In this document: one piece after another, positions 20,222-30,075 of the stretch | Numbering within the stretch: position 1 is the stretch's first letter | Layout of the letters: each line of letters begins with the position of its first letter | Assembly: GCA_044225355.1 (NCBI GenBank) | Contig: JBGAIS010000001.1 | Coordinates: 1 to 61,465 of the forward strand | From: Casimicrobiaceae bacterium | Lineage (GTDB): Bacteria; Pseudomonadota; Gammaproteobacteria; Burkholderiales; Casimicrobiaceae | DNA length: 61,465 bases | Direction of reading: 5' to 3' | Translations under genes and position numbers: made by a program | The notes under the pieces: model-generated | What the model was told of the DNA's origin: nothing | The model's database searches: none | The model's input: only the letters and a program-made list of their open reading frames with translations

Positions 20222-21191
20222 AGACCAGAACCAAGCTCCTCGCCCTGGCCGTAGCCGCCGTCACGGGCGCGTGCAGCACCGTTCCCCCAAGGCCCGCGAT
20301 GCTCGACGATGCGCGCGTGGCGGTCGATGCGGCGCGAGCCAATCCCAAAGTGACAACATACGCGGCCGGTGAGCTGCAGGATGCCGTCGCGACGTACGAT
20401 CGCGCCGAGGCGGTCCTGCGCAACGATCGCAACGAGGAGGAGGCCACGCATCTCGCATATCTCGCGCGCCAGCGGGCCGCCATCGCGCAGGAAACGGCGC
20501 GCATGCGCTACGCCGAGCAGGCGATCACTACGGCCACCACGGAGCGCGAGCGGATCCGGCTTGCGGCTCGTGCTTCGAGGCCGAGACGGCGCAGCGGTCG
20601 GCGATGCTCGCCGAGCTTCGCGCCGAGGCCGCGCGCAGCGCGGCGCGTGATGCCGAGCGCCAGGCGTTGGCCGCGCAACAGGCCGCGCGCGTATCGCAAC
20701 AGGCCGCGCGCGTATCGCAGCAGGATGCCGCGACGATGGCGCAGCGCAATGCGACGCTCGAGCGCGAGCTCCGCGAGCTCGCGGCCACCAAATCGGATCG
20801 CGGGCTCGTCGTGACATTGAACGACGTCCTGTTCGACAGCGGCAGCTCCGATCTGCGTCCGGGCGGCCAGCGCCTCGTTGCGCGGATGGCGGAGTTTCTG
20901 CGCGAGTATCCGGAGCGGACGATCGCCATCGAAGGCTTCACCGACAGCGTCGGCGACGACCAGTACAACCAGACGCTTTCCGAGCGCCGTGCCTCATCGG
21001 TGCGCGTGGCGCTCGTCGACGCCGGCATCGATCCGTCCCGCATTTACGTCAAAGGCTACGGTGAGGCGTACCCGGTCGCGTCCAACGACACGTCCGAGGG
21101 GCGTCAGCGCAACCGGCGCGTGGAGGTGGTCATCTCGGACGAGCGCGGGACTATCGCTCCGCGAATCGCTTACGCGGCGCCGCGACGTTGA
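20218..21191 (+). CDS. DUF4398-OmpA family lipoprotein (frameshift near 20575)
   Basis: Lipobox TGAC, HLAYLA, RGLVVTLNDVLFD, IEGFTDSVG, LSERRA, NRRVEVVI. Confidence 0.88.
20674..20724 (+). repeat. 21-bp in-frame tandem repeat (about 2.4 copies; QQAARVS)
   Basis: CGCAACAGGCCGCGCGCGTAT at 20674 and 20695, plus a partial third copy. Confidence 0.85.
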
Positions 21192-21230
21192 CGGGATCGT
21201 GGCGCGAGATCGACGCGATGAAGGTGCAGG

Positions 21231-22337
21231 TCACAGGCTCTTCGTCGCGTCGACCGTCACCGGGTAGGGAAGGGCGTCGATCCTGATCGAAGAAGGGGTG
21301 GATCGCGTGAAGATGACGTCGAGGTCGAGCGTCACGAACGTCGTTCGATGGCTGTAGTCGGCGATCATCAGCTTGTTGTGGGTCAGGTCCTTGATCGCCA
21401 CCCATTGCGTATAGTCCGAGACCACTTGCCCGCCTTCGCGGCTCTGGGCGATGCCGAGGGGAATGTCCACCGTATTGAGCACGTGCGCGATCGCTTGCGC
21501 GGCATCGGCGGCGTTGGCGGGCTTCGGCACATTGTGACGCATGAACGAAGCGCGCACGAAGCGCGCGGGCGGCGTGTAGTCGCCGGGGATGCCGATGACG
21601 CCTCCTCCCTGTCCCAGTGCCGTGACGTTACTGTCTCCGACCTTCATGCTGGCGACGCCGAGGGTGCCGAGATTGAGGTAGTTGCGCAAGTTGAGCAGGT
21701 GCCAGTCGTATGTCGGCGCGTTGGTGAGCACGTGCGCCACGTTGTCGTGCATGCGCAGCTCGCCGTTCACGTACTCGACGACGACGCCCGCCCCGCTGCG
21801 ATCGGTGAATATGAAGTGGATCGTCGGCGGCGTCGGGCCGGAAGGCAGCGAGGGATCGGTCCACACCTTGAGGGTGGGAAGCGCGGCCCGCACCTCGGCA
21901 ACGGAGGCCAGGTTGCCCAACGCCCATTGGCCGAAAGCCAGGATCGACACGTAGCTCCTGTCATGGGCCGTCACCGTTTGGTACTGAGTGAAGCCCGGCA
22001 GGAAGTTGCCGCTCATGCCGAGCCCCTGCGAGTTCTGGCCCTCGAGGATCGCGCCTCCGGGAATCACGGCGGCGCTGACGCCCACCATGGCGAATTTCGA
22101 GGGGACGGTCGTCGCCGGAAGCTTGAGGGCGGGCGGCGCCGACAGGATGACCGGCGTACCCTTTGGGAAGCTCACGAGCGTCCATTGCATGTCGAACGCC
22201 CACTCCATCGTGCGGCCGGCCACCACGGATTTGTCCAGGGCGACGATGTCCACCGCCGTGCAGGCGAGCGACGCATGGAAGGTCGCAGCGGCGCAGGCGA
22301 TGGCGACCGCTGCCTTCAGGGCATGTGGGGTTTGCAT
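21231..22337 (-). CDS. Choloylglycine hydrolase / penicillin V acylase family Ntn hydrolase with signal peptide
   Basis: ASLA|CTAV (N-terminal Cys nucleophile), GRTMEW, VLTNAP, IPGDYTPPARFVRA, YTQW. Confidence 0.88.
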   Translation of the reverse strand: MQTPHALKAAVAIACAAATFHASLACTAVDIVALDKSVVAGRTMEWAFDMQWTLVSFPKGTPVILSAPPALKLPATTVPSKFAMVGVSAAVIPGGAILEGQNSQGLGMSGNFLPGFTQYQTVTAHDRSYVSILAFGQWALGNLASVAEVRAALPTLKVWTDPSLPSGPTPPTIHFIFTDRSGAGVVVEYVNGELRMHDNVAHVLTNAPTYDWHLLNLRNYLNLGTLGVASMKVGDSNVTALGQGGGVIGIPGDYTPPARFVRASFMRHNVPKPANAADAAQAIAHVLNTVDIPLGIAQSREGGQVVSDYTQWVAIKDLTHNKLMIADYSHRTTFVTLDLDVIFTRSTPSSIRIDALPYPVTVDATKSL

Positions 22338-22535
22338 TCGGGTGCTCCTTGATCGTGAGGACGTTGCCCGGTGCCCCCGATGCAACAAGCGTGCCCTGCC
22401 GCTCATTGCCCCTTGAACTGCGCGGCGCTCGCCGCCATTTATGGGCTTGCAGCGCTGCATCGCGACGTCCTTCTGCCAGTCGAGTCGCGCCTGCGCGAAT
22501 GGTAGAATACGTGCTGCAATACTCGCTCGATCACC

Positions 22536-22913
22536 GGGGGTGAACTGGTCTCGACGGGGGCTGTGAAGCAGATTGGGGCATGCCGAGGCGTTAGTCCTCG
22601 TAAAAACCTGACACTCGCAAATTTAACTGCGAACGACGAAACCTACGCTCTGGCGGCTTAACCCCGCTGGACCTTGCACCGGGCGGCGCTCAGCCCGGGT
22701 GAGCTAGCCGGCAACGGCTGATTCACGGCAAGGACATTTAGAGCGATCGCGTCCGCCCGGGTCACTTGGGCGAGGCGCTAAACCAAGGTGACTGGCCTGC
22801 ACGTCGTCTGTCCGTCAACGGCGCGCAGGTGAGAGCACAATGACGCGACTAAGCATGTAGTCCTGACTGTGGAGCGTCTTCGGACGGCGGTTCGATTCCG
22901 CCCACCTCCACCA
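22536..22913 (+). ncRNA. ssrA: tmRNA (one-piece), tag ANDETYALAA at 22629-22661
   Basis: 5' GGGGGTG pairs with 3' CACCTCC-ACCA; TCGAC near the 5' end; T-arm GGTTCGATTCC; resume codon GCG followed by tag and TAA. Confidence 0.97.
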
Positions 22914-22918
22914 ATCGC

Positions 22919-22953
22919 AACGCGAAAGGCCCCAGTCCGGGGCCTTTCGCGTT
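22919..22953 (+). terminator. Intrinsic terminator hairpin after ssrA
   Basis: 15-bp perfect stem AACGCGAAAGGCCCC / GGGGCCTTTCGCGTT with a 5-nt loop. Confidence 0.8.
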
Positions 22954-23201
22954 TCCGCGTCCCTTCGCGTTTCCGCGTCCCTCACCACGCAACCTGCGTA
23001 ATCCCGTGCGCCCGGGCGAGTCGCCAAACCCGCGATCGGCGACGGCCGTAGGAACGCCCCCGACATCGGCAACTCCGCCTCTCCGCTACCGGCTCACGCG
23101 CTCGCCTTGCAGGATAGACGTCGCGCTCTTCAATGTCCGGCGCTCGGCCCATCGACGGGCCCGCCGGACCTGCGAGCCGTCGACGAGCCGACACCCCCGC
23201 C

Positions 23202-23441
23202 ATGCCCTTCCTCGATCTCCTCCAGTGGCCCGCGATGCTCCTCACGCTCGTCGCCTCGTGGTGGGTGACCTCTTCACACGCGAAGCGGCGCAACGTCGGG
23301 TTCTGGCTCTTCACCGCGAGCAACATCCTGTGGACGGCGTGGGGGCTCCACGCGGATGCCTACGCGCTCGTGCTGCTCCAGATGGGCCTCGTGGTGCTCA
23401 ATATCCGAGGGCTCAAGAAGACGGACGGCGAGTCGGGATAG
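23202..23441 (+). CDS. Small membrane hypothetical protein
   Basis: LQWPAM...RRNVGFWLFTASNILWTAWG...LNIRGLKK; about 3 TM segments. Confidence 0.75.
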   Translation: MPFLDLLQWPAMLLTLVASWWVTSSHAKRRNVGFWLFTASNILWTAWGLHADAYALVLLQMGLVVLNIRGLKKTDGESG

Positions 23442-23552
23442 ACTCCCGGTTACAGGATGCGCCTCACCGCAAGGCGCGGTCCCAAGAGAAGCAGGACCTG
23501 GAGGGATGTTGGCTCACACGAGCGCAGTGTAGGCGTGCCGTCGCGCGCGCCG

Positions 23553-24773
23553 ATGTTCGCCCCGTTCGCGATTCGCAGCTTCCGCTTCCAGTGGGCGGCG
23601 GACCTGACGACGTCGTGGGCGTTCGAGATGGAGACGCTGATCCTGGGCTGGTACATCCTCGTCCAGACCGGGTCGGTATTCCTGCTGACGGTCTTCGGCT
23701 CGCTCCAGTTCGCGGGCACGCTGATCGCGCCGGCGTTCGGCCTCGCGGGCGATCGCATCGGCACGCGCAACGTCATCGTCACGATGCGCGTGACGTACGC
23801 GCTGCTCGCGTCCGTGCTCGCGACGCTCGTGATCGCGGACGCGCTCACGCCGTATCGCGTCCTCGCTATCGCGGCGCTCGCGGGGCTCGTTCGGCCGTCG
23901 GACATGGGACTTCGCAACGTCCTGATCGGCGACACGGTCACGCACGACAGGCTCATGAGCGCGATCAGCCTCTCGCGCATCACGACGGAATCGGCGCGCG
24001 TGGCCGGGGCGCTGTTCGGAGCGAGCATCGTCGCCGTGCTGGGAATGAGCTTCGCATATCCCGTCGTGGTGATGCTCTACGCGCTCAGCGCTGCGCTCAC
24101 GATGGGCGTGACCCGTCGGGTGCACGAGCCGAGCACCGCCGCGCGAGCGTCGCCATGGCGCGACTTGCGCGAGGGCGCCAAGGCGGTGTGGGAGACGCCC
24201 GAGCAGCTTGCGGCGATGCTGTTCGCGTTCCTCGTGAATCTCACGGCGTTCCCGTTCACGCTGGGGCTGCTGCCCTACGTCGCGCGAGAGATCTACGGCA
24301 CGAGCCAGGCGGGACTCGGGTACCTCGTCGCGAGCGTAGGGACGGGCGCGATCATCGCGGCGCTGCTCCTAAGCCGGCTCGGCACGTCGGTGCGTCCCGC
24401 GCGCACGATGGTGATATTCAGCATCGTGTGGCACGTGCTGCTGATCGCGTTCGGGCACAGCGAGCAATTGCGCTCCGGCATGATGCTGCTCCTCTTCGCG
24501 GGAGTCTCGCAGAGCTTCTGCATGCTCTCGCTGGCGCTGCTGCTCCTGCGAGGCGCGCCGCCGGCGCTGCGCGGTCGCATCATGGGCATGCGCACGCAGG
24601 CGGTGTACGGCCTGCCGATCGGCCTGCTCGTCGCCGGTCCTCTCATCGACCGCCTTGGCTTTGCGGCGACGGCGACGCTGTACGGAGGCGTCGGCGTGGC
24701 GTGCACGCTCCTTCTCGCGACGCGATGGCGCGCCTCGCTGTGGTCGAGGAGTGCGGAAGGCAATCGCGGCTGA
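23553..24773 (+). CDS. MFS transporter (start could be 23535)
   Basis: About 12 TM segments; GLAGDRIGTR (motif A-like); LRGRIMG. Confidence 0.88.
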   Translation: MFAPFAIRSFRFQWAADLTTSWAFEMETLILGWYILVQTGSVFLLTVFGSLQFAGTLIAPAFGLAGDRIGTRNVIVTMRVTYALLASVLATLVIADALTPYRVLAIAALAGLVRPSDMGLRNVLIGDTVTHDRLMSAISLSRITTESARVAGALFGASIVAVLGMSFAYPVVVMLYALSAALTMGVTRRVHEPSTAARASPWRDLREGAKAVWETPEQLAAMLFAFLVNLTAFPFTLGLLPYVAREIYGTSQAGLGYLVASVGTGAIIAALLLSRLGTSVRPARTMVIFSIVWHVLLIAFGHSEQLRSGMMLLLFAGVSQSFCMLSLALLLLRGAPPALRGRIMGMRTQAVYGLPIGLLVAGPLIDRLGFAATATLYGGVGVACTLLLATRWRASLWSRSAEGNRG

Positions 24774-25001
24774 CGGCGCGGCGCTCGCGAGATTGCCTGC
24801 GCCGTGTTCCCCAGACGCCCGGCGCGAGCTCGTCTCGAAACCCCTTGCGCCGGTCACCGAAGCCTCCACGGACGAACCGCGCCGGGCTGCGACCGGCAGT
24901 CCATCGGGCGGGACGAATCGCCTTGTGACCCACCCCCTCCGGCGGTATCGTCCGCGCACCATCGTCGCTGTGACGAGGCCTTTATCAGGGGAGGGCTCGA
25001 A

Positions 25002-26643
25002 ATGGAACGGACGTCGTTGGTGCGCGCACGCGAGGCGGGTGGAGTGACGTTGACGGTGATCCTGCTGGTGCTGTTGGGTGTCGCGGGGTACTTCACCTAC
25101 AAGGGGATCGTGTTCTACCGCGCGAACATCGCGCCGGCCGTGTCGGAAGTCTCGAAGGTCGTGGGCGTCGTGAAGGACCTGGTACCCTCGTACAAGATGA
25201 AGCGCGATCCTGTCGAGGTGGCGCAAGCCCTGCGAGCGTCGTTCCAGATGGCGCCGCCCGAAGGCTACGTCGGTGCCTTCGCGCTCTCGCTCGAATTCCT
25301 GGGCAAGCGCCCCGCGCAGATCATCGCGCTGACGCCCCAGGGCGTGCCCGTGTCCGAGATCTTCGAGGGCGGACGCAACGAGATTCGATTCAGCCCCGGC
25401 AAGCACACGATCTTCATCGCCGCGCAGTTCGACAACGGCGATCGCGACGAGATGCGCGAGGAGATCGGGAAGATGGTGGCTGGCGGAGAGCGCCGACGCG
25501 CAGAAGCCGGTCTTCATCGCCGCGGGCGGCAGGCGCGTCGCAGCGTACCGCGGCGTCGTGGAGGCTTACGGTGCGCGCAACACGGTCGTCACCGTGCTCC
25601 TGGACGAAGGCCGCATCTTCCACGCGACGGGCCCGGCGGAAGGGTTCGACGAGGCCGCGCTCGTGCGCGCGCTCGACGGGCTCGTCACGACGCATCCCGC
25701 GAACGCGCTCCTCTATTCGCACCCGAAGCCCGAAGCGGTTGCGACGGCCCCGGCCAACACGACCGCGGTGGCGGCCGTCGCCCCGACGCAGGACGACCCG
25801 TGCGGCATCCGCGGCCTCAAAGGCGACTTCGACGTCGTGATGGTGAGCGTGAGCCGCGGCTCGCAGCCGATCGACGCACTGATCGAGAAGGGCGGCAGCG
25901 AGGCCGCGCGGGAGGAGGTGATGGTGGGCGAGACGCCGAAGCCCGTGGTGCTGATCCTCTCCGGCGAATCGCCCGTCGTGTGGAGCGTGGGTCGCACGTC
26001 CGGGGCGCGCATCGCGGGAGTGCTTGCGCAAGGCGTATACCGGCAGGCGGTGATCGGGCTGCCGAAATCGATCCCGGTCGTCGCGTACTCGACCTCGGAC
26101 GGCCCCAACGCGTGCACCTACTTTCGCGCGGACAAGGCCGAGACGCCCGAGTACAGGGCGATGAACCACCGCGTGCGCACGCTGTTCGGACGAGACGTAT
26201 CCGTGTTCCTCACGATGAAGGCGGGGCCCGCGTTCGTCGTGGGCGACATCAAGGGCGACGTGGCCTACGCGCCCGACGTGACGCTCGCGAGCGTTACGCT
26301 GCCCGACAGCGTGACGCCCAGCGGCAAGCGCGGCCTCGATCGGCTCGAGAAGCAGAAGGCGATCCGCCTCGCGACCGACGAGGACATCGCGGCGTGGGTG
26401 CGCGGCGCCGCCACGCGACTCGGTCGGCCGTTCGACGCGTATCGCCGCGACATGGACTGGCGCCTTCGCAACGGATCGGTATACGTCGTCCTGGGCGACT
26501 TCGACCTCCCCGACGACCTTGCCGGCGCGAACGCACGTACGTTCATCATTCCGGCGGGCAAGTCGCGTCCCGGCGGACCGCAAGGCCACTGCACGTTCCT
26601 CGCGATGGAGGGCTTCCAGTGCTACGGCGTGGGCTGTCGGTAA
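25002..26643 (+). CDS. Membrane-anchored hypothetical protein (frameshift near 25495) with Cys-containing C-terminal domain
   Basis: ATG after GGGGAGG; N-terminal TM (GVTLTVILLVLLGVAGYF); the C-terminal frame 25558..26643 has typical codon usage. Confidence 0.65.
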
Positions 26644-26679
26644 GCCGGTGCGACGGGTCGCCCGTGGACGCGCGCTGAC

Positions 26680-27564
26680 GTGACCGCCCGCGCCGCGACG
26701 CCGCTGGCCGCGATCCTGATCGCGAGTCCCTTCCTCACGTGGGCGGGGCTCTCGGCGCTGTCGTTCTTCACGATGCTCGAGCCGCCGCTCACGGCTTCGC
26801 GCGGCGTTGCGCTCGCGATGCAGGTCGCATTCTCGCCGACCGGCATCGCGGCGCCGCTCCTCGGCATCGGGCTCGTGATGCGAAGCGCGTGGGCGAGGCG
26901 CATCGGGCTCGTGGCATTCGCACTGGGCGCCGTCGCGAGCGCGTGGGTGATCGCCGTGCAGGCGACGTCGGGGCAGCTCGACTCGAATCTTCCGGTGGCC
27001 ATCGCGTGGCTGGTCGTGTGCGCGGGCTACCTCGCCTATTTCTCGCGTCCCGCGGTGCGCGAGGCGTTCGACCCCGCGCCCGCGCGTGCGCGCGCCGCCG
27101 AGCCCGAGCCGATCCGCTACTCGGAGGCGATGACGGTCGTCGCGTGGAGCGAGGTCATCGTCGGCGGGCTCGTCGCGGCGGTCGTCGCCTACCTATGGAT
27201 CGTGACGAGCAGCCAGCCGCTCCTCGATCTCCGACCCGGCGGGCAATCGTCCGAGGTCGACGAGCTCCTGCGGCCCATCGTGTTCGCGGTGCTCGCCTTG
27301 CTGCTCGCCCCGCACGCGCTGACCACGTACGCGAGCGCGGCCATCCTCTTCCGTCGCAACGCCATGCAATCGTCCAAGCGCTACGCCGTGCTGACGTGCT
27401 GGACGACGGCGTGCGCCGCGCTCGTCACCACGTGGCTCGTCACGCACGAAAGCCTCGAGTTCGACGCTCGCCTGGCGCTGTACCTGTACCTCGTGTGCGG
27501 CGCGTCGCTTCTTTGCCAGGCGGCGTTCCTGTACGCGCTGAAGTGGTTCCGGCCGCCGCCGTGA
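26680..27564 (+). CDS. Polytopic membrane hypothetical protein
   Basis: About 8 TM segments in two halves; AYLAYFSRPAVREAF. Confidence 0.7.
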   Translation: MTARAATPLAAILIASPFLTWAGLSALSFFTMLEPPLTASRGVALAMQVAFSPTGIAAPLLGIGLVMRSAWARRIGLVAFALGAVASAWVIAVQATSGQLDSNLPVAIAWLVVCAGYLAYFSRPAVREAFDPAPARARAAEPEPIRYSEAMTVVAWSEVIVGGLVAAVVAYLWIVTSSQPLLDLRPGGQSSEVDELLRPIVFAVLALLLAPHALTTYASAAILFRRNAMQSSKRYAVLTCWTTACAALVTTWLVTHESLEFDARLALYLYLVCGASLLCQAAFLYALKWFRPPP

Positions 27565-29062
27565 AGCGCTCGCTCGCCCTCGTCGCGTCCGCGGCCGTGA
27601 TCGCGCTGGCCGCGTGCGATCGCGCCGCGCTGGACGTGGCGCCGCGCCGATTCATGCAGGGCGGCGTGTGGTGGCCGCATGCCGCGGGATACTGGCTTCA
27701 CCAGTACGCGGAGCGCGACGAGGTGGAGCGGCTCATGGACGGCGCCGGATTCGCGTGCCGCGACGAGCCCGCTGCGGAAGGGGCGCGGCTCGTGTGCGAG
27801 CGCGGCTTCCGATGGCCTCTCGGCGTGGTCGCGCGGCGCAACGTGGTGGAGGTGGCGTTCAGGAAGAACGGCGTCGTCGCCGCCGCGCAGGCGACGTGCG
27901 CGTATGCGCTTTTCGACGTCGAGGCGCTGTCGGGTACCTGCGATCCGTTCGCGGCGCCTGGCGCGGTGTATCCGGACACGGAGACGTTCGCGGCCGCGGT
28001 CGAGGCGATGCTCGCCCCCGCGCGCAGGCACGAGCTCGCCGACGCGCGTCGCCTCGCGCGCGCCGCGCCGCTGCCGCTGCCCGATGCGCAGGAAGCGAGC
28101 GATCGGCTCGCGCGCTGGCGATTCGAGTGCGATCCGCTGCAGCACCGGTCCACGACGAGCTTCACGGGCAATCGCGGCGACGTGGTCGAGATGCGCTGCC
28201 GGCAGTGGAGCCTGCGCACTGGGCAGGGCGAGCCGCAGAGACAGGACGTGGTCGTACGCTATGACACCGCGGACCTCGCGGTGCTGGGCGTGGAAGCGCG
28301 GCTCGATGGCGCTTCGCGGCCGCTTTCGAAAGCCCTGGACACGCAACGAAAGCCGGCCGGGCCCGTCGCGGCGCCCGGCGGCCGCCCGCCTTTGCCCGAG
28401 TCGCTGGCGCTTACGACCCTTCGCGGCGATCGTATCGACATGCCGATGAGCGCCGTCGGCACCGGCTCGCGCGACCAGACGCGCGAGGGGTTCGTTGCGT
28501 TGACACCCGATTCTCAGCGCGCGCTCGTCGCGGCGTACCTCGACAAGCAGGCGCGCGAGTGGCAGGCAAGGGGCGAGCGCCTCGATCGCCTCTCCTACCT
28601 CGTGGTGTCGCCGCTCGAATGGTATGGGCCGCGGGCGCTGCCGCACCTCGACGCGCTCATGTCCGACGACAGGCCGCTGGTGGGCGCGCGCTCCTCAACT
28701 ACGTCTGCGTCGACACGCCGCTGCGCTCGGACGCGGCGCGCGATCCGCCTCGCCTCCTGCAGGCGATGCGCGCATGCCTCGACGCGAGGCGCGGCGCGAT
28801 GCCGCGCAGCGTCGAGTTGTTCGATCGCCTGCTGGCCAGGGACATTCGTACGCTCGAGGCGAGCGACGCGCGGGCGTTGAGCGCCTTCATCAATTTCAGG
28901 GTCGACGTGCTGCGGGTGACGGCGCTAGGCGCTGCCGGGCCGCAATCGTCCGCGGCTCTCGCGAAGACGGTCGCCGGCAAGCAATCGAGCCTCGACCCCG
29001 ACGTCCGCAACCTCGTCTCCGCGGCGCTCGCGCCGCCGGCCGAGGCGAAGGTCGCGCGCTAG
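27561..29062 (+). CDS. Cys-rich hypothetical lipoprotein (frameshift near 28690)
   Basis: GTG overlaps the previous stop; lipobox LAAC; continues in the 28559..29062 frame. Confidence 0.6.
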
Positions 29063-29068
29063 ACCGAC

Positions 29069-29344
29069 TCAATACCCGGGCGGCTTGACGAGCGGCACCG
29101 CGAACGTCTGCACGAGCGCCATGGCCGCGACACCCGCGACGATGCCCGCCACGCCCCACGCGATGCCGCCCGTCTGCAGGATGTAGAAGCCCGCGAGCAT
29201 CGGAAGGAGCGCCGCGAACACGCCCATGGCGTGCGCCATGACGGGCTTGCCGCACGCGCGGCACGCTGTGACGCGACCGGGTCCGAGGCCCGCCTTGCGC
29301 GCGAGCGTCATGGCCGATCCCCCGCAATGGGGGCACTTCGTCAC
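29069..29344 (-). CDS. Small zinc-ribbon plus 2-TM protein
   Basis: KCPHCGG...ACRACG followed by two hydrophobic helices. Confidence 0.65.
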   Translation of the reverse strand: MTKCPHCGGSAMTLARKAGLGPGRVTACRACGKPVMAHAMGVFAALLPMLAGFYILQTGGIAWGVAGIVAGVAAMALVQTFAVPLVKPPGY

Positions 29345-29515
29345 CGCTCGTCTCCGCGCTTGCGTCCGCTTCGCATACCTCGTCCTTCCTGCGCATGTAC
29401 ACTCGTCGGCGGCAAGCGTAGCGTCGGCGCGGCCCGCTGTCGACCGCCATCGCGCTCGCTCGCCTCGTCCGCCATTGTCGCCCAGCGGCCCGATACACAC
29501 GATCCCTCGCGCGCC

Positions 29516-30031
29516 ATGAGCCCACACGCCGCTCTCGTGAACGTCATCCGCGACGCGTTCTCCGCCGTCGAATACCCGGGCGACTGGTGCCTTGCCGGCA
29601 GCACGGAAGGCAAGGAGCCGCGGCTCCTCGCGGGCGAGTTCGCCGGCAAGGACGACTGGCGGCGTCGACGGCGAGCTTCCTCGACGAGGCGCCGGGCAGA
29701 TTCGGCACCGCGCTCTCCGCTTCTTCTCGGACGAGGCGTTCGCTTCTACCTGCCCGTGCCTCTCGGGGAGCGTCGAACTGCTCGCGCCGATCCCGTGTTC
29801 CATCTGACGCACGGCCTCGACGACGCGTCGCGCGAGGAACGGATCAATCCGCGACGCTACGGCGAGCGTACGTGGCTCGACCACGCGAAGCACCGTTTTG
29901 CGGTGTTCGACGACGCGCAGCGCGCAGCGATCGCGGCTTACCTTCGCCACAAGCTCGCGACCGGCACGCTGGTCGACTTCGAGGCAGCGCCAGTTCAGGC
30001 GCTCGACGCGTACTGGGCGCGGTCGCGCTGA
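29516..30031 (+). CDS. DUF6714-like hypothetical protein (with internal compensating frameshifts)
   Basis: IRDAFSAVEYPGD, EAFRFYLP-like segment, RFAVFDDAQRAAIAAYL, ALDAYW. Confidence 0.55.
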   Translation: MSPHAALVNVIRDAFSAVEYPGDWCLAGSTEGKEPRLLAGEFAGKDDWRRRRRASSTRRRADSAPRSPLLLGRGVRFYLPVPLGERRTARADPVFHLTHGLDDASREERINPRRYGERTWLDHAKHRFAVFDDAQRAAIAAYLRHKLATGTLVDFEAAPVQALDAYWARSR

Positions 30032-30075
30032 GGGCTGCCGGCGACGTCGCGACGTCACCGGTCGGCGCGAGCGCG

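Noticed and set aside
22914-30000. Integrative island at ssrA
   Set aside because: No integrase, no second copy of the ssrA 3' end found by eye, and no obvious GC drop.
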